A stretch of DNA of 64,000 bases from Elusimicrobiota bacterium (lineage in GTDB: Bacteria; Elusimicrobiota; Endomicrobiia; Endomicrobiales; JBDRNC01). Each line of letters begins with the position of its first letter. Position 1 is the stretch's first letter. The notes under the pieces are model-generated. The model had not been told where the DNA came from and made no database searches. It saw only the letters and a list, made by a program, of their open reading frames with translations. The stretch lies in contig JBDRNC010000028.1 of the NCBI GenBank assembly GCA_043811535.1, positions 96,001 through 160,000 on the forward strand. The letters are read 5' to 3'. The translations under genes were made by a program, and so were the position numbers. This document shows, piece after piece, positions 20,621 to 36,123 of the stretch.

Positions 20621-21727
20621 ATGAAGCTACTTTGTGAAAAAGAAGAACTTTTGAAAGGCATTCAAATAGTTCAGACCATAGTATCCCCAAAGAGCACTTT
20701 GCCGGTATTGTCAAATTTCCTTCTGGAAGCCGAAAAACAGAAGATTAAATTTTCTTCTACGGATTTGGAAGTTGGTGTCACCTGTTTTGTAAAGGGTGAA
20801 ATAGCGAAAGAAGGGAGCATAACCATTCCCGCGAAGAGATTCGGCGATATTATACGAGAACTTCCGGAAGATAAAGAAATCGAGATAAGGGCGGACGAGA
20901 CAAATCAAATAAGCATAAGATGCGGCAAATCACATTTTATCCTGATGGGACTGCCGAAAACCGATTATCCGGTATTACCGGAGTTCCCCGAAGAAAAAAC
21001 TTTTGAAATCGCAAAAAAAATATTCAAATCAATGGTTAGAAGGACATCTTTCGCTGTTTCAACAGATGAAACAAGGTACGTGCTTAACGGACTTTACCTG
21101 AACTGCGAAAAAGGATCTCTCAAACTCGTGGCGACAGACGGCCGCCGCCTGGCGTATATACTGCGCGAAGGAATCGATAAGAAAATAGAAAACAAAGTGA
21201 TTATTCCGACAAAAGCGGTAAATGAGGTTCAGCGAATACTGTCCGCGGAAGATAAAGACGAAATCATTAAAATAGGCATTACCGAGAACCAGGTAGCTTT
21301 CAAGATAAACACGGTAACAGTAATTTCAAGGCTTATCGAAGGGACGTTTCCGAATTACGAACAGGTAATACCAAAAAAACACGATACCCAGATAAAGCTG
21401 AACACGAAAGAGACGCTTTCCGCGGTGAAACAGATGGCGCTGCTTGTTTCTGATAAGGCCTCGGGCATAAAATTCACTTTCGGAAAGAATATCCTGAGGA
21501 TAACGGCGTCGGCGCAAGGGCTCGGCTCGGGCGAATCGGAAGTGGACATAGAATACCAAGGCCAGGTTTTCGAAATAGCGTTCAACCCGGCATTTCTTAT
21601 CGACGTGCTGAAAAATATAGATGAAAATGAAGTTTACTTTGAAATGACAAATTCGCTGAACCCCGCGTTGATAAGGCCGCTTAACGACAAGAACTATATT
21701 TGCGTTATAATGCCGATGCGGGTGTAA
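20621..21727 (+). CDS. dnaN: DNA polymerase III beta clamp
   Basis: STDLE, DETRYVLNG, ATDGRRL, IMPMRV. Confidence 0.98.
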   Translation: MKLLCEKEELLKGIQIVQTIVSPKSTLPVLSNFLLEAEKQKIKFSSTDLEVGVTCFVKGEIAKEGSITIPAKRFGDIIRELPEDKEIEIRADETNQISIRCGKSHFILMGLPKTDYPVLPEFPEEKTFEIAKKIFKSMVRRTSFAVSTDETRYVLNGLYLNCEKGSLKLVATDGRRLAYILREGIDKKIENKVIIPTKAVNEVQRILSAEDKDEIIKIGITENQVAFKINTVTVISRLIEGTFPNYEQVIPKKHDTQIKLNTKETLSAVKQMALLVSDKASGIKFTFGKNILRITASAQGLGSGESEVDIEYQGQVFEIAFNPAFLIDVLKNIDENEVYFEMTNSLNPALIRPLNDKNYICVIMPMRV

Positions 21728-21732
21728 TAAAT

Positions 21733-22017
21733 ATGACGCTCGTTCCGGCACAGGATATTATCGGAGGATTGAAGAGGCAGTTGGGACTGGACGAAAAGAT
21801 GTTTACGGTCCTCAAGATCTGGGACAGGGAACTCGGGCCTCTTGCTAAACATCTCAAAATCGTAGGAGTCAAGAACGGACAGCTTATAGTGGAAGCGGAA
21901 TCAAACGTCCACCTGCAGGAAGCAACGGTCAGGCGCCGGGAAATAATTAAAAAGATAAACCAGCATTTCGGCGGAGAAAAAGTAGTGAAAGGGATAAAAC
22001 TAAAAATAAAAGAATAG
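21733..22017 (+). CDS. DUF721/DciA family protein
   Basis: W-x3-G, L.VEAESN..LQE, IIKKIN; lies between dnaN and gyrB. Confidence 0.75.
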   Translation: MTLVPAQDIIGGLKRQLGLDEKMFTVLKIWDRELGPLAKHLKIVGVKNGQLIVEAESNVHLQEATVRRREIIKKINQHFGGEKVVKGIKLKIKE

Positions 22018-22148
22018 TTCCATATAATTACGGTTCCAGCAGTTCCAACGTTCAAAGGTTTCAATTAAAAACATAAAATACTAAAAAGCCTTAATCTTGG
22101 AACAAAGGAATGTCGTTAGAACATTGGAATAGATTTGGAGGAAGTTAA

Positions 22149-24590
<2,442 letters not shown>

Positions 24591-24643
24591 TCAACCATCA
24601 TATATTGTTTATGAATATCAATATTTAGAACGGGGTGTTTAGA

Positions 24644-24757
24644 AAACACTAAATACTAAACATCAAACTCTAAATAAACTCAAAAACTCCAAACAACAAT
24701 ATTTTGATTTGTTATTTTATATTTATTTAGAAATTAGTATTTAGATTTTAGTGTTTA
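24644..24757. repeat. AT-rich palindromic heptamer array (AAACACT/AGTGTTT-type)
   Basis: aacactaaatactaaacatcaaactctaaataaa ... tttatttagaaattagtatttagattttagtgttt; close relative at 47101-47240. Confidence 0.75.
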
Positions 24758-24838
24758 TATGAATATTAGTGATAAACAAAACAAGAAAGGCGAATACGGA
24801 TACGGAAAGCATAAATTATATTGAAAGGGTAACGAAAA

Positions 24839-27442
<2,604 letters not shown>

Positions 27443-27460
27443 GAACCTTTCCTGAAACGG

Positions 27461-27877
27461 ATGAAACGGATGAAACCGGGTTTTTCGTTTTTACCCCACA
27501 CCGCCGACATGCGGATGCGGGTGGCGGGCCGGACGCTGAAAGGACTGTTTGAAAATGCGGCGAAAGGCCTTTCGGAATTGCTCACGGGCAAACACGGACC
27601 CGGCCGGGAAAGTATTTTAAAAATTAGGATCAAAGCGGTTGACCCGGAAACACTTCTGGTATCCTGGCTCAATGAACTCAATTATCGCTGCATTGAGAAG
27701 CACGCATCCATAGAAAGAACCGCCATATCGGAAATCACCCCGCACTCCGTTGACGCTGAAATCATGTTAAGGACAGGCGCAAAGATAAACCGCGAAATAA
27801 AGGCATTCACTTACCACAAATTGGCGATAAATAGAACGAAAAACGGATATAAGACGGAAATTGTCTTTGATATATAA
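27461..27877 (+). CDS. Archease
   Basis: HTAD, WLNEL, IKAFTYH, C-terminal VFDI. Confidence 0.9.
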   Translation: MKRMKPGFSFLPHTADMRMRVAGRTLKGLFENAAKGLSELLTGKHGPGRESILKIRIKAVDPETLLVSWLNELNYRCIEKHASIERTAISEITPHSVDAEIMLRTGAKINREIKAFTYHKLAINRTKNGYKTEIVFDI

Positions 27878-27951
27878 CAACAGCGATTAGCAATTAGCTA
27901 TTGGCAATTAGTAGTAAACTAATCGCTAATTGCTAATGGCCAATTGCTAAT

Positions 27952-28944
27952 ATGAAACTAAAAATCGGCTTTACATACGACGCGAAAACGGACTATAAGC
28001 TGAAACCAGGCGATTCTTCCGATAAATACGCTGAGTTTGACAGCGATGCCACGATTGCGGAAATTTCAGGAGCGCTTGCTTCCCCGGGCCACGAAATTGT
28101 CAGGATAGGGCACGCCGGGAATCTTCTGAAGCGGATTAAATCGGGCGAAAAATGGGATATAGTCTTTAATATAGCCGAAGGCGTAAGCGGCAGGAACCGC
28201 GAATCGCAGGTCCCGATGATCCTTGAAATGCACGGAATACCCTACACGGGGTCGGACGCGCTGACAATGGGCCTCGCGCTTGACAAAACGCTGGCAAAGA
28301 CGGTAATCGCGTATAACGGCCTGCCAACGCCGGCTTTTTTCCTGGCGGATAATCCGGGAGACGTTGAAAAGTGCGCGTGCAAGTTCCCGGCCATAGTCAA
28401 GCCGAACGAGGAAGGGACTTCAAAGGGCATAAGCGGCGAGTCCGTGGCGCACGACAAGGCGGCGGCGGCGAAAAGGGCGGAGTTTATCATAAATACTTAC
28501 AAACAGCCCGCTTTGATAGAAGAATTCATATTCGGCCAGGAATTTACGGTAGGCGTCATCGGAAACGATAATCCGGAAGCTCTACCCCCCCTTCAAGTGA
28601 TCATCAAAGGAGAAACCGAGCTTGGCGATCAAATATACACTCAGGCGCGCGTCGTTAACGATGAGCTCGATTACCTGTGTCCGTCTTCTGCTCCTGAGGA
28701 ATTACAGGATAAGCTGAAACAATACGCGGCACGGGCGTTTAAACTCCTTGGTTGCCGTGACCTGGCGAGGATAGATTTTAGGGTTGACCGGGACGGCACG
28801 CCGTATTTTCTTGAATGCAATCCGCTGCCCCACCTGGGGCTGATAGACGCGTTTCCGCTGTACGCCAAAGCGACGGGCAGGACATACGAACAGATAATTG
28901 TCGAGATACTCAATCATGCTCTGAAGAGATACAATATCAAATGA
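27952..28944 (+). CDS. ATP-grasp protein, D-Ala-D-Ala ligase-like
   Basis: FNIAEG, PYTGSD, VKPNEEGTSKGI, RIDFR, LECNPLP. Confidence 0.85.
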   Translation: MKLKIGFTYDAKTDYKLKPGDSSDKYAEFDSDATIAEISGALASPGHEIVRIGHAGNLLKRIKSGEKWDIVFNIAEGVSGRNRESQVPMILEMHGIPYTGSDALTMGLALDKTLAKTVIAYNGLPTPAFFLADNPGDVEKCACKFPAIVKPNEEGTSKGISGESVAHDKAAAAKRAEFIINTYKQPALIEEFIFGQEFTVGVIGNDNPEALPPLQVIIKGETELGDQIYTQARVVNDELDYLCPSSAPEELQDKLKQYAARAFKLLGCRDLARIDFRVDRDGTPYFLECNPLPHLGLIDAFPLYAKATGRTYEQIIVEILNHALKRYNIK

Positions 28945-29034
28945 CAAAATAAATTAAAATATCCAAATCTAAAACGTTTTGTGCTTTGAAATTGCAGGTA
29001 TATTTTGTCATTTGTACTTTGTCATTTTAATTTT

Positions 29035-30084
29035 ATGTACGATTATTCCGGCGCGATACATATGCATTCCAATTATTCATTTGACGGGAACACTTCCGTT
29101 GAATCGATAATAGAATCGGCTAAACGGGCTGGGCTGGATTTCATAGTAATAACCGACCATTTACGCCTTGACGCCAAGAACGCCGGGTACGAAGGCTGGC
29201 ACGACGGCGTACTTGTCCTTGTAGGGGAAGAGATCACGCCGAAGTACAACCACTACGTCGCGCTGGGCATAGACAAGCCGGTGATTGCGTGGAAGGAAAA
29301 ATCGGTTCCACAGGAATATATTGACAAAGTCGCGGAACAGGGCGGCACCGGGCTCATAGCGCATCCGGACCACACGGGAGCGCCGAAGTTCGGCATCAAG
29401 GGTTATCCGTGGAAAGACTGGTCGGTAAAAGGATACGCCGGACTTGGCATATGGGATCTCATGACCGACTGGCAGGAAAAACTTGTTTCCACGGGCGCCG
29501 CGGCATTTGCATATATTTTCCCGGATTTTGTCCTTTCGGGCCCGAAAAAAGAGACACTCGAACGCTGGGACGCGCTTAACGCCTGCGGGAGAATTGCCGG
29601 ATACGGGGAGATAGACAATCATAATTCGCTGAAAAGATATTTCGGGCTGAATTTCAGGATATTTCCCTTTGATTTCGCTTTTTCAACGATCAGGACGCAC
29701 GTGTTGCTTAACGAACAGCTGAACAGAGACTTTCGCGCCGCGCATAAGCAGATAATCGACGCGATACGGAACTGCAGGCTTTACGTCGCGCAGGAACACG
29801 GGGCTTCCGCAAAAGGTTTCATGTTCAGGATATACAATTCCGAAGAAACGGCGACAACGGGAATGGAATTCCGGCTGACGGACAAGCCGACGATGCTGGA
29901 AACAAGGCTTCCGCTGCCCGGGCTGATAAGGGTGGTCAGGAACGGCGAAACTATTTATGAAGAATATAAAAAGCATGCGAATCTGGAGATAGACAGGCTT
30001 GGTGTTTACAGGATAGAAGCGTTCAGGAAGAAAATGGGATTCTTAAAGCCCTGGATATTTTCAAACCCGATATGGGTTGTATGA
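29035..30084 (+). CDS. PHP-domain metal-dependent phosphoesterase
   Basis: HMHSNYSFDG, ITDH, GEE, IAHP, DNH. Confidence 0.85.
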   Translation: MYDYSGAIHMHSNYSFDGNTSVESIIESAKRAGLDFIVITDHLRLDAKNAGYEGWHDGVLVLVGEEITPKYNHYVALGIDKPVIAWKEKSVPQEYIDKVAEQGGTGLIAHPDHTGAPKFGIKGYPWKDWSVKGYAGLGIWDLMTDWQEKLVSTGAAAFAYIFPDFVLSGPKKETLERWDALNACGRIAGYGEIDNHNSLKRYFGLNFRIFPFDFAFSTIRTHVLLNEQLNRDFRAAHKQIIDAIRNCRLYVAQEHGASAKGFMFRIYNSEETATTGMEFRLTDKPTMLETRLPLPGLIRVVRNGETIYEEYKKHANLEIDRLGVYRIEAFRKKMGFLKPWIFSNPIWVV

Positions 30085-30124
30085 ACAGAAGACGGAAGAC
30101 AAAGGTCTCTATCAGGGAGTTGTT

Positions 30125-30460
30125 ATGAAAGAAAGTAGGAATTATCCAAGAACACCTTTGGCTGTGCTGCTGGAGATTTGGTCGGGCGACAGGAAGAAAA
30201 ATGTCGGTAAGGGTTTTATCACGAATTTAAGCGAGGGCGGGCTGGCGCTGGAAACCACCGTCCGGCTGAAATTAAAGGAGAATTTCCTGTTGAGATTCAC
30301 GTTGCCGAACGGCTGGACTTTCGATTTATGGGGAAACATACTGCATACCAAGCCGGGCGTGCTGATAAAAACGTACGGAGTGCAATTCAAAAAGGTCCAG
30401 GCGGAAGAAAGAGCCAAGATAAGGCATTTCGTCCTGGCCAGCCTGAACATGAATAAATAA
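30125..30460 (+). CDS. PilZ domain protein
   Basis: RNYPR (RxxxR), NLSEGG; GGGAG SD before ATG 30125. Confidence 0.85.
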   Translation: MKESRNYPRTPLAVLLEIWSGDRKKNVGKGFITNLSEGGLALETTVRLKLKENFLLRFTLPNGWTFDLWGNILHTKPGVLIKTYGVQFKKVQAEERAKIRHFVLASLNMNK

Positions 30461-30478
30461 AACAGGCAAGAGGCGAAA

Positions 30479-31339
30479 ATGATATTAATCGACGGCAAGA
30501 AAATCGCGGCTGAACTGAAAGCCGAGTTGAAGGCAAAAACGGAAGCCCTAAAAATAAAGGGCATAGAGCCCGGGCTCGCGACGGTGCTTGTCGGAGAGGA
30601 TCCCGCAAGCATGGTGTATGTTTCAAACAAGATAAAGGCATGCCAGGAACTCGGCATACGCTCGTTCCACCACCCGATGCGCGCGGATTCAACCGAAGAC
30701 GAGATAACCGGATTGATTGAAAAGCTCAACAACGACACGAGAGTGCACGGCATACTTCTTCAGCTTCCCCTCCCCGCGAAACTGAGCCCGGAAAGATGCT
30801 TAGAGAAAATCTCTCCGTTAAAAGACGTGGACGCCCTGCACCCGTTCAACATAGGGAAACTCTGCGAAGCAAAAACGTGGAAAGAAATATTGGAAAAAAG
30901 GCTTTTCCTCCCCTGCACGCCGTACGGAATAATGATCCTGCTTGAGAAATACGGCATAGACGTATCAGGCAAGAAGGCCGTGGTCATAGGAAGGTCGAAT
31001 CTGGGCGGTAAGCCGGTCGCGACGCTGCTGCTTTCAAAGAACGCGACAGTCACGATAGCGCACTCAAAGACCGAAAATCTGCCGGAAACGTGCAGGCAGG
31101 CCGATATACTGGTCGCGGTGATAGGGAAGCCGAAATTCGTGACGAAAGATTTCGTCAAGCCCGGCGCGGCAGTGATAGATGTCGGAATAAACAGGACGGA
31201 CGACGGGCTTTGCGGGGACGTGGATTTTGACGCGGTGAAGGATGTTGCCGGTTGGATAACGCCGGTCCCGGGAGGCGTCGGCGCGACAACGATCACGATG
31301 CTTATGAACAATACGATATTAGCGGCAACTAAGTGGTAA
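30479..31339 (+). CDS. folD: Methylene-THF dehydrogenase/cyclohydrolase
   Basis: YVSNK, KDVD, PCTP, GRSN, DVGIN, PVPGGVG. Confidence 0.97.
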   Translation: MILIDGKKIAAELKAELKAKTEALKIKGIEPGLATVLVGEDPASMVYVSNKIKACQELGIRSFHHPMRADSTEDEITGLIEKLNNDTRVHGILLQLPLPAKLSPERCLEKISPLKDVDALHPFNIGKLCEAKTWKEILEKRLFLPCTPYGIMILLEKYGIDVSGKKAVVIGRSNLGGKPVATLLLSKNATVTIAHSKTENLPETCRQADILVAVIGKPKFVTKDFVKPGAAVIDVGINRTDDGLCGDVDFDAVKDVAGWITPVPGGVGATTITMLMNNTILAATKW

Positions 31340-31496
31340 TAAATGGTCAAATGGCTTAATTGCTAAATGGCTAATAAATTATAACACCATGGCCAAACTG
31401 CTGAATGGCTAAATGGTTAAAGTCTTTGACAATTTAGCAATTAAAGCATATAGTTAATTAACAATTTAACCATAGAGCCGTTTAACCATTCATTTT

Positions 31497-32039
31497 ATGA
31501 AAACATTAATACTTAAACCCGTCAAGATAACAAAGAAGCTGCTGGACAGGCTTGAGCGAAGAGGGCTCATCACTCAGCTCCGGTTCACAAAGAGAAGCAT
31601 AAAAACAAAAAATCCCAACGGGATAGTGGATCTTGTATATAAAACAGCGCCGGAATTCGGACCGCAGAAACTCATATGCGTGGCAAAAAAGCAGCTTCAC
31701 ATAGAAATGACTGCGCACGGCGACAGGGAAGAACTGCTCATACTCAACAGCACGGGCAGGAAATTAAAACCGCTTTACCTGATAATCGCCTTGGACAAAC
31801 GGGAAAGATTCAACAGGAAAGTCAGGCAACGCAGGCTTGGCGCCGGGGACGTCATGGCGATAGAACTGAAGTACAACGACCCGGTGACCAGCGTATTTGT
31901 GATGAACGGCAATGTCCCGCACTGCGAAGTTACGGCGCCGGGAAAGGGCCAGCACCCGCTGTTTTTCGTCACGGAGCCCGCTGACCTGAGTTTTTCGGCC
32001 TTGCCGACGCCAGGATACAAGTTGATAATAAATAAATGA
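31497..32039 (+). CDS. Hypothetical protein, possible cupin-like fold
   Basis: H.D.EE and later PHCE pattern; ATGA overlap with the next gene. Confidence 0.65.
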   Translation: MKTLILKPVKITKKLLDRLERRGLITQLRFTKRSIKTKNPNGIVDLVYKTAPEFGPQKLICVAKKQLHIEMTAHGDREELLILNSTGRKLKPLYLIIALDKRERFNRKVRQRRLGAGDVMAIELKYNDPVTSVFVMNGNVPHCEVTAPGKGQHPLFFVTEPADLSFSALPTPGYKLIINK

Positions 32040-32839
32040 ACGGAGAGAGCATGTTTCTAATCAATATTTTGGTACCCGTGATGGCGGGGATAGTTTATTT
32101 CATAATGGCCGCCGAGATAAAGCGCGTGTCGCATTTCAGGAAAATAATATTCGGGGAAATCGGGTACAAGAAGGTTTTCAACGCGTTCCTGATGCTGGGA
32201 ATATATTTTATAACAAGGCCGCTTCAGAACACGATAGGCCCGCACCCGTGGCCGTTGATAATAAACGACCTCAGGCAGTTTTTCCTGATGGCGATAATTT
32301 CGCCGTCAATTCTCGTGGGCATATTGCATTGGGTGCCGAGCGAAAAGGGAACGCCGAAAACGGTTGAATACGCGGCTTACCTGGTAGGCCTGCTGATGGC
32401 GGTGGTTTTCATATTGATAAACAGCATAGGTATTAGCGGTTCAAAGGTCATAGCTTCGCTGTGGGGCATGAATATCTATGACGCTACGTGGTTTTCAAGC
32501 GGAACGCGCAGGATGGAGCTTGTCATGATACACCTGATAGCGCAGTCGATCTCGCCCGTAGGGTATTTCCTGCTTTCGGCGGGATATGTCAGGCACAGAA
32601 GGTACAACTATCCTCTCAGCAACGTATATAATCTGATGCCGAAAAAATGGAAATACCTGGAAATAGGACTTCTGATATTCGCGCTTTCGTTTGTCGTTGC
32701 GGGCTTTGCGGCGTTTTTCGGACAGTATTACACGTACCTGTGGGTAATATATTTTACCGGCGCGACGGTGGCCGGGGTTTTTGAAACCATCGCCGTGAAG
32801 ATTCCCCCGAGAGAAGCGCCCGCGGACCTAAAAAAATAA
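32036..32839 (+). CDS. Hypothetical polytopic membrane protein (~7 TM)
   Basis: Seven hydrophobic segments, no soluble output domain. Confidence 0.75.
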   Translation: MNGESMFLINILVPVMAGIVYFIMAAEIKRVSHFRKIIFGEIGYKKVFNAFLMLGIYFITRPLQNTIGPHPWPLIINDLRQFFLMAIISPSILVGILHWVPSEKGTPKTVEYAAYLVGLLMAVVFILINSIGISGSKVIASLWGMNIYDATWFSSGTRRMELVMIHLIAQSISPVGYFLLSAGYVRHRRYNYPLSNVYNLMPKKWKYLEIGLLIFALSFVVAGFAAFFGQYYTYLWVIYFTGATVAGVFETIAVKIPPREAPADLKK

Positions 32840-32901
32840 AAAGGCGGTATCTAGTATCTCGTACCTCGCATCTCGTAAGACCTACTGCGAACGACGAGAT
32901 A

Positions 32902-35310
32902 CTAGTCCCGAGATACGAGTAGTTTAGCTATTTCAGCGGCTTCTACCGCGTCTCTGGCGTAACCGTCAGCCCCAATCTCTTTTGAGAATTTATCCGTCAC
33001 GGGGGCGCCGCCAACAAGTATTTTTACCGGAAGTTTCTTTTCGTTCCTGATCCTGACGACGTTTTCCATCTCAAGCATGGTCGTTGTCATGAGCGCAGAG
33101 AGCCCGATAAGCCCGGAGTTTTTGCTGACAGCCGTTTCAACTATCTTTTCGGCGTCAACATTCTTTCCGAGATCTATCACTTCCCATCCATGGCTTTCAA
33201 GCACGGCAGCGACGATGTTCTTTCCGATATCGTGCACATCCCCCTTAACCGTTGCGAGCACTATCTTTCCTGATTTAAAAGCGGCGTCCCTCTTTAACAG
33301 GGGTTTTATTTCCGCGAATGCCGCCTGAGCCGCTTCCGCTGCAAGTATCACCTGCGGCAGGAAGTATTCTTTTGTCTTGAATTTAGAGCCGACTTCATTC
33401 AGGGCTCCAAGCAGTATATCATTGGCTATTTCAAGCGGTTTCTTGCCGGACGCGAGGACCTGTTTAATAAGCGAGGGAACGTCTTCCCTGGCGCCTTCAA
33501 GGACGGCATTATACAGTTTTTCGCCGGCGGGCATGTCTTTCTGCGCGGCCGGCTGTTTTTTTACAGCGTTGCCGTGTTTTGCGATGTATTTTTCCCCTTT
33601 CGGGTCGCCGCCCACCAGCAGATTGCGCGCTTCCTTGTCGTCTGCCGACCAATCTTCGTGCGGGTTGAGTATCGCCAGGTCAAGGCCCGCTTCGCGCGCG
33701 AGTTTCAGGAAAGTTGAATTCAAAACCTGCCTGTTCGGGAGCCCGAAAGAAACATTGGACACCCCGAGTATAGTTTTGTTTGCGGGCCATCTTTTACGGG
33801 ATTCCTTTATAGCGGCAAGCGTTTCCCTGATACCTTCAGACATGGCGCTCGCGGCAAGCGTAAGATAATCGAAAATCACCTCGTTTTCGGGAAACCCGTG
33901 TTTTTTCGCGGAAGACAGTATGCGTTCCGCGATCTCGAGCCTTTCGGCTGAATTCTTAGGGAGTCCGCGTTCATCCACGCAGAGCCCTATGACAGCGGCG
34001 CCGTAGCGTTTCGCGAGCGGGAATATGACATTTAGCCGCGGCTCGTCGCCGTTTACAGAATTGATGACAGGCTTTCCCGCGCACGCCTTGAGGCCTTCCT
34101 CGAGCGCCCCGGTGGAGCTTGAATCAAGGCAAAGCGGAACCTGGACAGCCTCCTGTATCTCGGAGACGGCCTTTTTCATAAGGGCGGGCTCGTCGGCTCC
34201 CGGCAGGCCCATGTTCACGTCAAGGATCTTGGCGCCTGATTTAGCCTGTCCCTGCGCTTCGCGCCTTATGGTGGCGAAATTGCCCGCGCCAAGCTCGTCC
34301 TGAAATTTCTTACGGTTGGTGGGGTTTATCCTTTCGCCCACTTTCACGAGTTCTTTTTCGTCGTAAAGGTCAACCGCCCTGGTGCGCGACGATATGAGAA
34401 ATTTTTCCGCTGTTTTCCGCTGAACGGGTTTTTTGCCCTTGATTTCTTTTGACAACGCGCGTATGAAATCCGGATTAGTGCCGCAGCACCCGCCGAGCAG
34501 GTTGACGCCCGCGTTGAAGGCCTCAACGGATACCCCGGAAAACTCTTCTGGTGTCCCGGGAAAGAAGGTCTGCCTGTTTACAAGTTTAGGCATGCCCGCG
34601 TTAGGCTTGAAAGAGACCGGCAGGGACGTGTGTTTCGCCAGTATTTTTATGAGCGGCAGCATGGACTCGGGCCCCACGGAGCAATTCATGCCTATGGCAT
34701 CGGCGCCGACAGATTCCGCCACGGAAACATATGTTAGAATATCTGTCCCCGTAACAGTCGTCCCGTCGGAAGTGAAAGTCATATTAACCATTACGGGCCC
34801 GGGAAAGTTGTCTTTTGCGGCGATGAGCGCCGCCTTTACTTCTCTGATGTCGGCCATCGTCTCTATGAATATGAGGTCGGCGCCGGCAGAAGCGAACGCT
34901 TTCGCCTGCTCGGCAAACAAATCATAAGCCTCTTCAAAAGACAACGGGCCCAAAGGGGTAAGATAAGCGCCCAGCGGTCCCATATCTCCGGCCACAAGAG
35001 CGCCGTATTTTGAGGCTGTTTCGCGGGCGACCTTTACGGCCGCGCTGTTGATTTCGGCCGTTTTGCCTTCAAGGCCGTATTCGGCAAGCAGGCGCCTGTT
35101 CGCGCCGAGCGTGTCCGTAAGCAGCATCTCAGTGCCCGCTTCAAGATAATTCCTGAATATTTCCTGGATCCTTTCGGGGAATTTGATATTCAATTCCTCA
35201 ACGCAGCTCACATCATCAAGATATCCGCGCTTGCGCAGTTCCGAGCCCATCGCGCCGTCCAGAATGACGACACGTTCGTTTAATAGTTTCTTAAAATCCG
35301 ATTTATTCAT
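32902..35310 (-). CDS. metH: Cobalamin-dependent methionine synthase, truncated form without reactivation domain
   Basis: LDGAMG, GGCCGT, pterin-binding GERINP, B12 motif GDVHDIG; 802 aa. Confidence 0.9.
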   Translation of the reverse strand: MNKSDFKKLLNERVVILDGAMGSELRKRGYLDDVSCVEELNIKFPERIQEIFRNYLEAGTEMLLTDTLGANRRLLAEYGLEGKTAEINSAAVKVARETASKYGALVAGDMGPLGAYLTPLGPLSFEEAYDLFAEQAKAFASAGADLIFIETMADIREVKAALIAAKDNFPGPVMVNMTFTSDGTTVTGTDILTYVSVAESVGADAIGMNCSVGPESMLPLIKILAKHTSLPVSFKPNAGMPKLVNRQTFFPGTPEEFSGVSVEAFNAGVNLLGGCCGTNPDFIRALSKEIKGKKPVQRKTAEKFLISSRTRAVDLYDEKELVKVGERINPTNRKKFQDELGAGNFATIRREAQGQAKSGAKILDVNMGLPGADEPALMKKAVSEIQEAVQVPLCLDSSSTGALEEGLKACAGKPVINSVNGDEPRLNVIFPLAKRYGAAVIGLCVDERGLPKNSAERLEIAERILSSAKKHGFPENEVIFDYLTLAASAMSEGIRETLAAIKESRKRWPANKTILGVSNVSFGLPNRQVLNSTFLKLAREAGLDLAILNPHEDWSADDKEARNLLVGGDPKGEKYIAKHGNAVKKQPAAQKDMPAGEKLYNAVLEGAREDVPSLIKQVLASGKKPLEIANDILLGALNEVGSKFKTKEYFLPQVILAAEAAQAAFAEIKPLLKRDAAFKSGKIVLATVKGDVHDIGKNIVAAVLESHGWEVIDLGKNVDAEKIVETAVSKNSGLIGLSALMTTTMLEMENVVRIRNEKKLPVKILVGGAPVTDKFSKEIGADGYARDAVEAAEIAKLLVSRD

Positions 35311-35409
35311 AATGTTCCTTATATATGGTCAAATGGTTAAATGGCTAAACGGTTAAAATACTGTTGGGGTTTGCCTTTCCGGCCATAAAGCCATATAACA
35401 ATTTAGCCA

Positions 35410-36024
35410 TTATATTTTGACTCCCAATATCGCCGATATTGATTTTTCGGGAAGCATTTGGGAACTGCCGGTGAGTTTGATGCCTATCGTTTTAGCCCCG
35501 AGCCAGTCCAGAAAATCCTTTTGTCCTTCTAATTTCCAGTCGCCGTAACCCGGGGAGAACCTTCTCGTGGTTTTAAAACCTTCCTTTTCCGCTTCGGCGG
35601 AGATTTGGGCGTTGACTGTCTCGGCAAGCTCCTCGGCAGCGACGGAGCCCACGGCGTCAAGCATCAGCGCTTTCGTTGTAAGATTGTCCTTTATATACTC
35701 GTTGCGCTTGTCTTCGAGAAACGGCCCTATCGTTACGGCGAAACCGTACGCTTTCACGCATCCTTTCAGAAGTTCAATGATATCTTTGCTAAAGATCTCA
35801 AACCGCGGATTCAGCAGTACATGGCCTTTATCGGACACTTTAATCTCAGCGTAAGCCATGACATATTTCGGAGTTAAAAGCTTTTTTGCCGTTCTTATTT
35901 CATCTTCCAGGAGGTTTTCTGTCGCGGGGTTGACGACTGTCCTGCCCTTGGTGTAACCGAGCCTTGCCAGGACCTTATCGGGATTGATGTCTATCTTGCC
36001 GAAATGAGCGAGATTAATTGTCAT
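35410..36024 (-). CDS. Stand-alone methionine synthase activation domain
   Basis: FAVTIG, RFSPGYGDW, PEKSISA; upstream of metH. Confidence 0.85.
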   Translation of the reverse strand: MTINLAHFGKIDINPDKVLARLGYTKGRTVVNPATENLLEDEIRTAKKLLTPKYVMAYAEIKVSDKGHVLLNPRFEIFSKDIIELLKGCVKAYGFAVTIGPFLEDKRNEYIKDNLTTKALMLDAVGSVAAEELAETVNAQISAEAEKEGFKTTRRFSPGYGDWKLEGQKDFLDWLGAKTIGIKLTGSSQMLPEKSISAILGVKI

Positions 36025-36080
36025 ATTATGAATATACCAAAAAATTAGCCGGCTGGCAATGAACAGGGATTTTGCGGTCA

Positions 36081-36123
36081 AAAAAATTCTCTCCCCCAGG
36101 CCATCGGCCGGGAGGAGAGAATT
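36081..36123 (-). terminator. Intrinsic terminator downstream of the CBM gene
   Basis: aattctctcc...ggagagaatt stem followed by a T-run on the minus strand. Confidence 0.65.

Noticed and set aside
27952..28944. Assignment as ddl or as an ATP-grasp RiPP ligase
   Set aside because: N-terminus differs from canonical Ddl (no GG.S.E motif) and no precursor peptide is visible nearby.
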